Source of the DNA: Chiloscyllium plagiosum
Lineage: Eukaryota
DNA length: 63,599 bases
Assembly (NCBI RefSeq): GCF_004010195.1
Contig: NC_057748.1
Coordinates: forward strand, 10,540,428-10,604,026
Direction: 5' to 3'
The notes beneath the pieces were generated by a model, which worked only from the letters and a program-made list of their open reading frames with translations, searched no databases and had not been told where the DNA came from. Position numbers and translations under genes: made by a program. Below, piece by piece: positions 1 to 12,942 of this stretch; position 1 is the first letter of the stretch; each line of letters opens with the position of its first letter.

Positions 1-107
1 CTCGTGGGTGGAGCACACCAAGCCAAACAGAATCACAGAGTTTTACAGCACAGAAAGAGGCCCTTTGGCCCATTGTGGTTATGCTGGTCATCAAGCACTT
101 TGTCTCT

Positions 108-448
108 TTGGGCATGACACGGGGGCTCAGTGAGGTTAGCGCTGCTGCCTCACAGCGGCAGAGACCTGGGTTTGATTCCCTCCCTCGGCTGACTGTCTGT
201 GTGGAGTTTGCACGTTCTCCCCGTGTCTGCGTGGGTTTCCTCCGGGAGCTCCGGTTTCCCCCCACACTCCAAAGACCTGCAGGTCAGGGGAATTGGCCAT
301 GCTAGATTGCCCATAGTGTTAGGTGCATGAGTCAGGCGTAACTATAGAGTAAAGGAATGGATCTGGGTGGGCTACTCTTCAGGGGGTCAGTGTGGACTTG
401 TTGGGCCTAAGGGCCTGTTTCCATACTGTAGGGAATCGAATCTAATCA
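108..448 (+). mobile_element. HE1-type tRNA-derived SINE
   Basis: A-box-like head (ggctcagtg..gttagc), V-SINE-like core gtggagtttgcacgttctccccgtgtctgcgtggg, and aatct tail. Many similar copies occur in the window. Confidence 0.85.
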
Positions 449-609
449 CTTGGCCCATAGCCTCTAATGCTATGGTGCTTCAAGTGATCATCTAAAGATT
501 TCTTAGATGTTGCAATACTTCATGTCTTTCAGGCAATGTGCTCCAGACCATCTGGCGGAAAAAAAGGACCCTTCCTTAAATTCTTGTCTTGAATACGCCT
601 CTGGTTATT

Positions 610-1912
610 GAACATAGAAGGTTACAGCGCAGTACAGGCCCTTTGGCCCTTAATGTTGCGCCGACCTGTGAAATTAATCTGATGCCCATCTAACCTACAC
701 CGGTCCATTATAATCCATATGTATGTCCAATGCCCATTAAAATGCCCTTAGCGTCAGCGAGTCTATTACTGTTGCAGGCAGGCCGTTCCACGCCCCGACT
801 ACTCTCTGAGTAAAGAAACTACCCCTGATATCTGTCCTAAATCTATCATCTTCAATTTAAAGCTATATCCCCTCGTGTTAGCCTTCACCATCCGAGGGAA
901 AAGGCTCTCACTGTCCACCCTATCTAACCCTCCGATTTTCTTATATGTCTCAATTAAGTTACCGCTCAACCTTCCTCTCTCCAATGAAAACAGTCTTAGT
1001 TCCCTCAGCCTTTCCTTGTAAGTTCTTCCTTCCATAACCAGGCAACATCCTAGTAAATCTCCTCTGAACCCTTTCCAAAGCTTCCACATCCTTCCTATAA
1101 TGCGGTGACCAGAACTGTATGCAATTCTCCGGGTGCGGCCTTACCAGTGCCTTGTACAGCTGTGGCTCCGAAACTCAATCCCCCTACCAATAAACACCAA
1201 CACACCATATAGCTTCTTGACAATTCTATCAACCTCGGTGGCAACTTTCGGGGATTGATGCATCTGGACACCAATATCTCTCTGTTCATCCACACTGCCA
1301 AGAATTTTACCATTAGCCCAGTACTCTGCATTCCTGTTACTTCTTCCGAAGTAACTTTTCCGCATTAAACTCCATTTGCCACTTCTCAGCCCAGCTCTGC
1401 ATCTTATCTATGTTCCTCTGCAACCCATAACATCCTTCGGCACTATCTACAACTCTGCCTACCTTAGTGTCAACCCCAAATTTACTAATCCATCCTTCTA
1501 CGCCCACATCCAGATAATTTATACAAATGACAGACAGCAGTGGCCCCAAAACAGATCCTTGCAGGACACCACTGGTAACTGAGCTCCGGGATCAACATTT
1601 CCCATCAACCACCACCCTCTGCCTTCTTTCAGCTAGCCAATTTCTGATCCAAACCACTAAATCACCTCCACCCCGAAACTCTATTTTGTGCAATAGCCTA
1701 CCGTGTGGAACCTTATCAAACGCCTTACTGAGGTCCACATACACCACATCAACCACTTTACCTTCATCCACCTGTTTTGTCACCTTCTCGAAGAACTCAA
1801 TAGCGTTTGTGAGGCACGGCCTACCCTTCACAAAACTGTGTTGATTATCCCTAATCAAATTCTTCCTTTCTAGATGATTATAAATCCTATCTCTTATAAC
1901 CTTTTCCAACCT
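610..1912 (-). mobile_element. CR1/HER1 LINE 3' fragment (degenerate RT)
   Basis: Broken RT peptides VDVVYVDLSKAFDKVPH, KFGVDTK and WQMEFNAEK, with a ttctatg-type tail. Confidence 0.92.
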
Positions 1913-4407
1913 TGATCCCTGCACTAAGGCAAAAAGTTTCTTCCTTTCTACCTCATAATCTTGTACACCTCAATTAGATTCCCCTCCATCAGCCTTCTCT
2001 GCTCGAAGGATAACAGCCTCGGCCTATCTAATCTCTCCTCAGAGCTAATGTTCTCCAGCCCAGACACCATCCTGGTGAATCTCCTCTGTAAAGGAGATCA
2101 CTGTCTTGCTGATACAGATCTCAGATCCCTTGCTCAGCTGGATTACAATGAACTGTTTATATAAATCTCCTTGATTGATTTCATTCCTATGCATTCCCTC
2201 TGATATCACCCATTATCTCTGTTTCAATTATGCTTAGTGATCTATGGAAAATTACTCTTCGATATCACCCTCCCCAGCACAAAGTTCCATTCCCTGATAG
2301 AACTGCTTTGATTGACAGCGATAATGCTGAGAAGTAATAAGGTCACAAGTCCAGAGCAATAGTTCCCATTTATTGCGCTAAGAGTCATTTTAGTTTTCAT
2401 ACTGGCAGCTAACATCCGTGTTATCTCATTGCCAACTCCTTTTCATGAGGTCACTCAAGAAGGTTAGATTAAACCCCTCCCCCACCCTGAATTTAAATCC
2501 CCAATTTCTGTCACGCTTGCTCAAGAATATGAATCATTTTCCACTCCCTGCTGTCCTCATGACCTCATATCCACGTAAGCCATTATTCTCAAAGACAACC
2601 CATGTAAAGGACATGTCTAATTTCAGGCTCGAAATCTATTGTGTAGGAGAGCATTATCACTGTCAATCAAGGAAGTACTGGGAGTATAACTAATGGAAAG
2701 GGTTGGTTAGCTTGTACAGCTGATTGCCGCATAGTCTGATGCCAAAAGTGAGGGGTCAGTTCCTGAATCAGTGGAGGGCACCGTGACTTTTCAAAAAAAA
2801 TCCTTTGCTGCCTCCCTCTAGGGTAGCATGGTGGCTCAGTGTTCAACACTGTCTCACAGCGCCAGGGACCAGGGTTATATTCCAGCCTTGGCTGACCGAC
2901 TGCATGGCTTTCCTCTGAGTGCTCCAGTTTCCTCCCACAGTCCAAAGATGTGCAGGTTAGGGGAATTAGGCATGGGGCATGCAAGGATAAAGGGGGCATG
3001 GGAGTGAGTGTGGGTGAGATGCTATTGAGAGAGGCGGTGTGGACTTGATGGGCCAGATGGTCTGCTTCCACACTTTGGCGACTCTATGATTTGAATGAGA
3101 GTAGTCCATGGAGGCTGTCCAGGATTATGGTGATTTTCAGACTGTGGAGAGTAGTAGCACTTCAGTCCAAAAAGGAAACTGATGCATTTTAATTTGTAAC
3201 CCTAACCTAATCCTGGTGAATTTGATTTTTCTTCACTAGGGCAAACTTATATATTGAGTAGGCATATGCATGAGTATATACGGTAACAAGCTCTGAATGA
3301 AGTTGAAGATTTTCTCAGTGGAAACTCTCTCTGCTTATGTGTAGAGTTAAATTACACCCACGGGATTAGTTCCATTGCTTTCACGTTATTCATTTGGAAA
3401 GAGGTGAGTGATCTATACTTTAAATATACATTAATATATATAATAAACAATACATTCAACAGGAAATTTGATGTAAGAAATAAATTCCATGGGCCCAATT
3501 CTGGAAATTTGCTATTTGGCAATGCTGAACCAAGAAATGTAGAATTGGATTCTGTTCCTGGTCCATGCCTTGTGAACTGGCCTCAGCTGGAGTGGATGAA
3601 AGATTGCTGCTATGTTCTCGGCTTCTCCAGATTAGGGAGACGGAAAGGATATTAAGGAAGCTAGAAAAGATTGGATTCCTGGTCAGTGAAGCCCCACACA
3701 GTTGAACATGCCGACCTATCTCTGAATCTTTAATCCCTTGAGCAAAGGATTGGGATACTCACCCTACTAAGGACTCAACACCATCAGGAAAGCGGGCTGA
3801 GAATTGGTAAGTAAAAAAATTGAATTAAAGAAGCGTTATTTTTGTAAAATCAGATTGTACTTGTTGATCTTATCTCCAACTGTTGTAATACTTTTGAGTG
3901 TTGTGGAGATGCTGGTGTTGGTCTGGGGTGGACAAAGTCAGAGGTTACAGTCCAACAGCTTTATTTGAAATCACAAGCTTTCAGAGCGCTGCGCCTTCGT
4001 CAGGGGAAGATATTTTTGTGTGCAGGCAATTCTGCGTCTCAACTGTCACTTTTTTTCTGGGGACTAAACGCTCATGAACCAAACGCCATCAAAATATAAA
4101 CTGACTTCTCCAGAACTCCTTGGTGGATGAGTAAAAATATGGCAGAACCTTATGACTAAGAGAATTACTTGGAGTCTTTAAAAACTTTGCAGCCACTTGA
4201 CCTTCCATATGGAGTGAAAGGGAAGTGCAGCAGAATATTCTGCTGTTATTACCAATCAAAAGGTTCACCCAGAACTTAGTGAAAGTAACGGCAAACATTT
4301 TAAACTTTATTTTCTTGTTTTCTTATTTTACCTAAATAAACAGACTTGTTCAGATGTTGTGCAAATTTGCTGTTTCAGTATCCCTTGGGTGTATTTTTGC
4401 TTCTATA

Positions 4408-4860
4408 TAGAAAGTGTGGATTGACTGGGCTTGGACTTGCTGGGATTTAGAAGATTGAGGGGGGGGGGGTGGGATCTTATAGAAACGTATAAAATCCTCA
4501 TGGGGCTGGACAGGCTAGATGCAGGAAGAATGTTCCCGATGTTAGGGAAGTCCAGAACTAGGGGTCATAGCCTAAGAATAAGGGGTATGTCATTCAGGAC
4601 TGAAATGAGGAAGGATTTCTTCACTCTGGAAGCTGTGGACCTGTGGAACTCTCTCCCACAGGAAGCTGTTAGGGCCAGTTTGTTAGATATATTCAAGATG
4701 GAGCTGGGTGTGGTCCTTGTAGTCAAAGGGATCAAGGGGTCTGGAGACAAAGTGGGATACTGAGATTGCATGATCAGCCATGATCATACTGAATGGTGGT
4801 GCAGTCTCAAAGGGCCGAATGGCCTTCTCCTGCACCCATTTTCTATGTTTCTGTGTTCCT
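4408..4860 (+). mobile_element. CR1 LINE 3' fragment
   Basis: DLIETYKI...SRTRGHSLRI...WNSLP peptide and ttctatgt tail. Confidence 0.9.
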
Positions 4861-5024
4861 ATTACAACAGTCAATAAATCTGACAAAGTAGTCTTAGCCT
4901 GATCTGGTCCTTTCTGCTTTTGGACCCATTGTGTAGATAACCTCTGTATTTCCTGTTGAGGAATATGGAACAATAAATGTCAAAACTGGAGATCCTAATT
5001 CTAATAAAGGACAGGAAGGGACAG

Positions 5025-5625
5025 TATGGTGCCTCACAGTGACAGGGACCCGGGTTCGATTCCACCTCGTGTGACTGTCTGTGCAGAGTTGAACATTCTC
5101 CCTGTGTCTGTGTGGGTTTCCTCCGAGTGCTCTGGTTTTCTCCCACAGTCCAAAGATGTGCAGGTCGGGTGAATTGGCCATGCTAAATTGCCCGTAGTGT
5201 TAGGTGCATTAGTCAGAGGGAAATGGGTCTGGGTGGGTTACTCTTCGGCGGGTCGGTGTGGACTTGTTGGGCCGAAGGGCCTGTATCCACACTGTAAATA
5301 ATCTAATCTAATCCAATTCTAATAAAGGACAGAAAGGGGCAGTATGGTGCCTCACAGTGCCAGGGACCCGGGTTCAATTCCACCTCGTGTGACTGTGCGG
5401 AGTCGAACATTCTCCCCGTGTCTGCATGGGTTTCCTCCCACAGTCCAAAGATGTGCAGGTTAGTTGAATTGGCCGTGCTAGATTGCCTCATAGTGTGTAG
5501 GCTAGGTAGATTAATCATGGGAAATGTGGGGTTGGATCTGGATGGGATACTTTTCGGAGGGTCAGTGTGGACTTGCTGGGCCGAATGGTCTGCTTTTACA
5601 CAGTAGGGATTCTAAGATTTAGGAT
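5025..5625 (+). mobile_element. Two tandem HE1-type SINEs
   Basis: Two SINE bodies (about 5025-5312 and 5345-5625) preceded by the same flank. Confidence 0.85.
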
Positions 5626-7505
5626 TCTTTTTCGTTTATTTGGTTTGTAGGGATCTCTGTTTGTAGAGACTACAAGCTAGCTGTGAGCACAAAGAAACTT
5701 GCTCTGAAAAGCTTCTGTGTCCCATGGATAGAGATTCCCACATTGACTTGAGCTACGCCAATCCATAAATATAGAATTTTTGGTTAAGTCAATATTTAAT
5801 GATTATAAATAGTTAATACCTGGAGTGTGAACTCCAAAGGAACTATATGAGGATTGACGTTGGCATGGACATCCTCTGGGCTAGTTCCTGATCTAGTACA
5901 GAAGACCAATAAGCAATGTGGGATTTAGTGGGATAGGGCGAGGAATAAAAATATATAAAAGTCATGATTTATTTAGACAAATGTAAACGCTTAAAGAAAA
6001 TACAGCTTGTGATGTGTGCAGGTTTAGTGACCAAGGAATTTATACGTAATGAGTTTTTTTCTCCGGAATCATTTGGTGAAAGAAAGCGAGACTGTGGGAT
6101 TAAGAAGGCCTTTTGAATTGACACTTTTTCCCCTCCCACCTCCTTTCCAAACAGTGTAGATTCTGTGCAGCCCATGTTAATGTCAGATTATTCAACTACG
6201 TCAGGGCTTGACAGGGTAGATGTGGAGAGGTTGCTTCCCATTGGTGCGAGAGCCTTGGACTAGAGGGACGCCCTCTCAGAATAAGGAGTCACCCATTCAA
6301 GGCGGCGATGAGGAGAAATTTCTTCTCTCAGAGGGTTGTGAAGCTTGGGAATTTGTTTGCACAGAGGGCCATCGAGGCTGGGTCACGAAGAATAGTCAAG
6401 GCAGAGGTGGATAGGTTTTTAATCAGTAATGGGATCAAGTGTTAGAGGGAAAAGACAGGAAAGTGGAGTTGAGGATTGTCAGATCAGGCACAACTCACAA
6501 TGATGGAGCCGACTCGATGGGCTGAATGGCCTACTTAAACCACAAGGCAGAGGAGCAGAAGAAGGCCTATTCAACCCATGGGTCCACTTGGCCATTCAGT
6601 GAGATCATGGTTGATCTGATAATTGTCACTGCACTTTCTGTCCATAACCCTTGGTGCTCCTTTGCTACTTTAGATTAGATTACATTACAGTGTGGCAACA
6701 GGCCCTTCGGCCCAACAAGTCCACACCGCCCCGCCAAAGCGCAACCCACCCATACCTCTACATTTACCCCTTACCTAACACTATGGGCAATTTAGCATGG
6801 CCAATTCACCTGACCCTGCACATCTTTGGACTGTGGGAGGATGCAAACTCCACACAGTCAGTCGCCTGAGGCTACTTCTGTTCCTACGTCTTATCGTCTC
6901 AGAACATAAGCTAATAACCTCATAACTAGGATGTTATTCCTCTCCCGTGAGCCTGCTCCGCTATTTAATACGATCATGGCTGATCTCATATTGGCCTCAA
7001 CTCCCTTTTCCTGCCTCCTCCCCATAACGCTTCAACCAGTTAAAAATATGTCTATCTCCTTTTTAAACTTATTCCATGTCCCAGCATCCACCACACGCTG
7101 GAGCAGTGAATTCCACAGATTGACGAGAGAATTAGTTCCTCCCCATTTCTCTTTTGGCCTAAATCTGTGACTTCACGTTCTAGATTACACCACAGGTCTA
7201 TGTGGGACTTTGCACCCATTAAATTCCTTGCCTTAATTCAAATACAGTACTTTCCCAGCAGTTAGGCTACCCAAGTGTTATCCCTTCAATTGAGTTTAAC
7301 GGACTCAGCACTGAGTAGAAATTAAAACCGTGGCCTTTCTTGATTGGGAACACAGGACAGTGGGAGGGGAGTGAGGAAGTGATGGTTACTCACAAAACCT
7401 TTGGTGCAGCCAATGAGGATTACTGGTCACAACAGATCACGATTGAACATCTTGTTGTATAATAGTCACACAGTATTCCCAAAACAAGGGTGAGCGAAAT
7501 AAAAG

Positions 7506-10500
7506 AGGAGAAAGTGAGGCCTGCAGATGCTGGAGATCAGAGTTGAGAGTGTGGTGCTGGAAAAGCACAGCAGGTCAGGCAGCATCCAAGGAGCAGGAGA
7601 ATCGACGTTTTGGGTATAAGCCCTTCATCAGAAATGAGGCTTGTGGGCCAAGGGGGCTGAGAGATAAATGGGAGGTGGGTGGGGCTGGGGTTAAGATAGC
7701 TGGGAATGCGATAGGTAAATTAAGGTGGGGGAGAAGGCAATGGAGCTGATAGGTGGGAAGGAAGATGGACAGGTAGGATAGTGCCAAGTTGGAAGGTTGG
7801 ATCTGGGATAAGATGGGGGGAGGGGGAATGAGGAGAGTGATGAAATCCACATTGATTCTGTGTGGTTGGACGGTCCCAAGGTGGAAGATGTGGCCTTCTT
7901 CCTCCAGGTGTTGGGTGATTAGGGTTTGGTGATGGAGGACGCCCAGCACTTGCATGTCCTTGGGGGAGTGGGATGGGGAGTTAAAGTGTTCGGCCACAGG
8001 GCGGTGGGGTTGTTTAGTGCATGCCCTGGAGATGTTCTCTGAAACGTTCTGCAAGTAGGCTTCCTGTCTCTCCACTGTACAGAAGACCACATCGGGAGCA
8101 ACGGAGACAGGAAATGATGTGTGTGGAAGTACAGGTAAATCTCTGTTGAATGTGGAAGGTTCCTTTGGGGCCTTGGAGGGAGGTGAGAGGGGTGGTGTGG
8201 GTGCAGGTTTTGTAATTCTTGTGGTGGCAGGGGAAGGTGCCAGGAGGGAAGGGGGAGATGGTGGTGGGCTGATGGAATGGTCTCTCCGGAATGCAGATAG
8301 GGGTGGGGAGGGAAATATATCACTGGTGGTGGGGTCTGTTTATAGGTGGCGGAAATGACGGAAGATGATGTAATATATCCGGAGGTTGGTGGAGATGGAA
8401 GGTGAGGACCAGGAGGTTCTGTCCTCGTTGAGATTGGAAGGGTGGGTTTTGAGGTTGGAGATGCGCTGGAGGGTATAATTGACCATGTGGGAGGGAAAGT
8501 TGTGGTCTTTGAAGAAGGAGGCCATTTCCAATAGACCAGAAGACATAGGAGTGGAAGTAAGGCCATTTGGCGCATCGAGTCCACTCCGCCATTTAATCAT
8601 GGCTGATGGGAATTTCAATGCCACCTACCTGCACTCTCCCTGTAGCCCTTAGTTCTTGCAAGATCAAGAATTTATCAATTTCTGCCTTGAAGACATTTAA
8701 CGTCCCAGCCTCCACTGCGCTCTTTGGCAATGAATTCCACAGGCCCACCGCTCTCTAGCTGAAGAAATGTCTCCTCATTTTCGATCTAAATTGACTCCCT
8801 TTAATCTTAAGGCTGTGCCCATGGGTCCTAGTCTCCCCGTCTAACCAAAACTACTTCCCAGCATCCACCCTTTCTAAGCCATGCATTATCTTGTAAGTTT
8901 CTATTAGATCTCCCCTCAACCTTCTAAACTCTAATGAATACAATTCCAGGATCCTCAGCCGTTCATCGTATGTTAGGCCTACCATTCCAGGGATCATCCG
9001 TGTGAATCTCCACTGAACACGCTACAGTGCCAGTATGCCCTTCCTGAGGTGTGGGGCCCACAACTGGACGCAGTACTCCAAATGGGGCCTATCCAGAGCT
9101 TTATGAAGTCTCAGAAGCACATCACTGCTTTTATATTCTAACCCTCTTGAGATAAATGACAACATTACATTTGATTTCTTAATCACGGACCCAACCTACA
9201 AGTCAACCTTTAGAGAATCCTGGACCAGCACTCCCAGATCCCTTTGTACTTTGGCTTTATGAATTTTCTTACCGTTTAGAAAGTAGTCCATGCTTGTATT
9301 CTTTTTTCCAAAGTGCAAGACCTCGCATTTGCTCACATTGAATTCCATCAGCCATTTCCTGGACCACTCTCCCAAACGGTCTAGATCCTTCTGCAGCCTC
9401 CCCACTTCCTCAGTACTACCTGCCTGTCCACCTAACTTCGTATCATCGGCAAACTTCGCTAGAATGCCCCCAGTCCCTTCATCCAGATCATTAATATATA
9501 AAGTGAACAGATGCAGCCCCAACATTGAATCCTGCAGGACACCACTTGTCACCCACTGCCATTCTGAAAAAGAACCTTTTATCCCAACTCTCTGCCTTCT
9601 GTCAGACAGCTAATCCCCAATCCATACCAGTAGCTCACCTCAAATACCATGAGCCTTCACCTTACTCGGCAGCCTCCTGTGAGGCACCTTATCAAAGGCC
9701 TTTTGGAAGTCTAGATAGATAACATCCACTGGATTTCCCTGGTCTAACCTAATTGTTACCTCTTCAAAGAATTCTAACAGGTTTGTCAGACATGACCTCC
9801 CTTTACTAAATCCATGCTGACTTGTTCTAATCTGACCCTGCACTTCCAAGAATTTAGAAATCTCATCCTTAACGATGATTCTAGAATTTTAACAACAACC
9901 GAGGTTAGGCTAATCGGCCTATAATTTTCCATCTTTTGTTGTGATCTTTTCTTGAACAAGGGGGCTACAACAGTGACTTTCCAATCATCTGGGACTTTCT
10001 CTGACTCCAGTGACTTTTGAAAGATCACAACCAACGCCGCCCCTATTTCCTCAGCCACCTCCCTCAGAACTCTAGCCCATCGGGGCCAGGAGATTTATCA
10101 ATTTTTAGACCTTTTAGCTTTTCTAGCACTTTCTCTTTTGTAATGGCTGCCATACTCAACTCTGCCCCCAACTCTCCTTAATTATTGGGATATTAGTCAT
10201 GTCTTCCCCTGTGAAGATTGACACAAAATACTTATTAAATTCTTCAGCTATTTCCTTACCTCCCAACACAAGCCTTCCTGCATCAATTTGGAGTGGCCCA
10301 ATGTCTACTTTTGCCTTGCGTTTGTTGAGAGAAACTTTTACTATCATTTCTAATATTACTGGCAAGCCTACCTTCGTATTCGATCCTCTCCTTCCTTATT
10401 TCTCTCTTTGTTATCCTCTATTTGTTTTTGTAGCCTTCCCAATCCTCTGATTTCCAAGCGCTCTTGGCCACTTTATAGGCTCTCTCTTTCTCTTTGATAC

Positions 10501-11575
10501 ATTTCCTGACTTTCTTTTATCTAATTCCACCCCCCCCCGGGATAGTCTTTCTTTTCTTTGGGATGAACCTCTGTACTCTGTTCTCAATTACACTCAGAAA
10601 CTCCCACCATTGTTGCTCTACTGTCTTCCCCACTGGGCTCTGCTTCCAGTCGATTTTCATCAGTTCCTCTCTCATGCCCCTGTAATTACCTTTATTTAAC
10701 GGTAACACCATTACATCCGATTTTGCCTTCTCTGTTTCAAACTGCAGAGTAGACTCTACCATATTATGATCACTGCATCCTAAGTATTCACTTACTTTAA
10801 GATCTTTTATAAAGTCTGGCTCATTACATAGCATTAAGTCCAAATCTCATGTATTCTGTGGTGGAATTAGTCCTCTTGGGAGCAGATGCAGCGGAGGTGG
10901 AGGAATTAGGAATAAGAGATAATGTTTTTACAGGAGGCAGGGTGGGTGGAGGTGTCGAACAGGTAGCCGTGGAAGTTGCTGGGTTTGTAGATGTCCATGT
11001 TGAGTCGGTCACCATTGATGGAGATGGAGGTGTCTGAGATAGTCCAGGTGAACTTAAGGTCGGGGTGGAATCTGTTAGTGAAGTTGATGAACTGCTCAAC
11101 CTCCTCGTGGGAGCACAGGGTGGTGCCGATACAGTCATCACTGTAGCAGAGGAAAAGGTGGGAATGGTGACGGTGTAACTGCGGAAGATGGACTGGTCCA
11201 TGTACCCACGAAGAGACAGGCATAGCTGGGGCCCATGTGGGTGCCCAGGGCTACCCCTTTGATCTGGAGGAAGTGGGAAGATTCAAAGGAGAAATTATTG
11301 AGGGCGAGGACCAGTTCCGCCAAACAAATGAGAGTGGAGGTGAAAGGGTCCTGGTGGGGACGATGGGAGAGGAAGAAATGGAGGGCTTGCAGGCTTTTGT
11401 CATGCCGGATAAATGGGTATAGTGACTGGATGTCCGTGGTGAAGATGAGGGGTTGGGGGCCAGGGAAACAAAAGTCATGGAGGAGGTGAAGGGCATGGTT
11501 GGTGTCCTGAACTTAGGTGGGGAGTTCCTGGACTGGGGGGAAAGGGCGGTGTCAAGGTATGTGGAGATGAGTTCG
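7506..11575 (-). mobile_element. Penelope-like retroelement (RT plus GIY-YIG remnants), split by a CR1 insertion
   Basis: RT motifs LVLALNNFSF...QIKGVALGTHMGPSYACLFVG and YSDDC at 10850-11575. GIY-YIG C-terminal HRPVAEHFNSPSH and pLTR at 7506-8527. Confidence 0.88.
8530..10846 (-). mobile_element. CR1 LINE (degenerate ORF2) nested in the PLE
   Basis: SDHNMV endonuclease end, NYRPISLTSVV, DFQKAFDKVPH and KFADDTK motifs. Confidence 0.93.
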
Positions 11576-12435
11576 AGCAAAATAAAGGTTCACTAGATTG
11601 CTTCCGAGGATTGGTGGTGTAAGGAAAAATTGAATAGATTAAGTCTCTGCTCCCTAGAGATGAGAAAAATGAGAGATGACCTACTTGCAATCCATGAAAT
11701 ACTCAAGGAGCTTGACAGAGGAGATGCTGAGGCAATACTTTCTTTGGGTAGGGAATGTCAGAATAAAGGGTCAGCCATTTATAGACTCATAGATGTTGTG
11801 TCTACCTTGGATTCCAGCATCTGGAGTTTCTTTGTCTTTAATTGTAGATATTTACAGCACAGAAGGAGGACATTTGGCCCATTGCAGCTGTGTCTGTCAA
11901 CAAAAATCTGACTGCACCCATCCCGTTTTCTAGCTGTTGGCATATAGCCCTTGGATGCTATCTCAATGCAAGCAACTATTTAAATACTGCTTGAAAACAA
12001 TAAATGTTGGCGATCACAGCCGATAACATCCATGGTGAGAGAGCAAGCTAACGTTTCGAGTCTCGATGACTCTGCTTAATCGCTGTGAGAATTTTTGACC
12101 CCACCACCCTTCCTGGATTGAGATGAGTTGAAAATTCTTACGAACCTTTGGAATTCTGTCTGCCAGAAATCAGTCAAGTATATTCAAGACAGAGCTCGAT
12201 AGATTCCTATTTGCCTTCGAAGTGAACTAAGGGACACAGAGATAGTGCAGAAAGTGAGATGAGGTAGAGGTTTGGCAGACCTTTCTTGGCCATCTCCAGT
12301 TGGTCTTTCAAATGTTCATACGGCCATACACTGTCACAATTCGGGGAGGTTCAACACTAAACCCACCACTTGAATAGTAGCCAAGTATTGAAAGCTACTA
12401 AAGGATACGCCTGGTACTGTATGTGCATGCAGGGG

Positions 12436-12942
12436 AGGAGAGAGAGAGAGAGAGTGTGTGAGTGAGAGAGAGAGAGTGTGTGTGAGTGAGAGAGAGAGAG
12501 NNNNNNNNNNNNNNNNNNNNNNNNNNNNNNNNNNNNNNNNNNNNNNNNNNNNNNNNNNNNNNNNNNNNNNNNNNNNNNNNNNNNNNNNNNNNNNNNNNNN
12601 NNNNNNNNNNNNNNNNNNNNNNNNNNNNNNNNNNNNNNNNNNNNNNNNNNNNNNNNNNNNNNNNNNNNNNNNNNNNNNNNNNNNNNNNNNNNNNNNNNNN
12701 NNNNNNNNNNNNNNNNNNNNNNNNNNNNNNNNNNNNNNNNNNNNNNNNNNNNNNNNNNNNNNNNNNNNNNNNNNNNNNNNNNNNNNNNNNNNNNNNNNNN
12801 NNNNNNNNNNNNNNNNNNNNNNNNNNNNNNNNNNNNNNNNNNNNNNNNNNNNNNNNAGAGAGAGTGTGTGTGTGTGAGAGAGAGAGTGTGTGTGTGTGTG
12901 AGAGAGAGAGAGTGTGTGTGTGTGAGACAGAGAGAGAGAGAA
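12436..12942. repeat. (GA)n/(GT)n compound microsatellite spanning a 356-N assembly gap
   Basis: Dinucleotide repeats on both sides of the N run 12501-12856. Confidence 0.95.

Noticed and set aside
108-200. tRNA-like A/B boxes at many positions
   Set aside because: These are SINE heads, not cloverleaf tRNA genes.
3240-3812. Strong + strand splice-like signals (acceptors 3239 and 3630; donors 3404 and 3807)
   Set aside because: No consistent reading frame, and 3631-3806 has stops in all three frames. Non-coding exons cannot be excluded.
4160-4290. + strand peptide DLPYGVKG resembling the ST3GAL sialyltransferase stem
   Set aside because: No sialylmotif L/S exons were found nearby, so the short match is probably chance.
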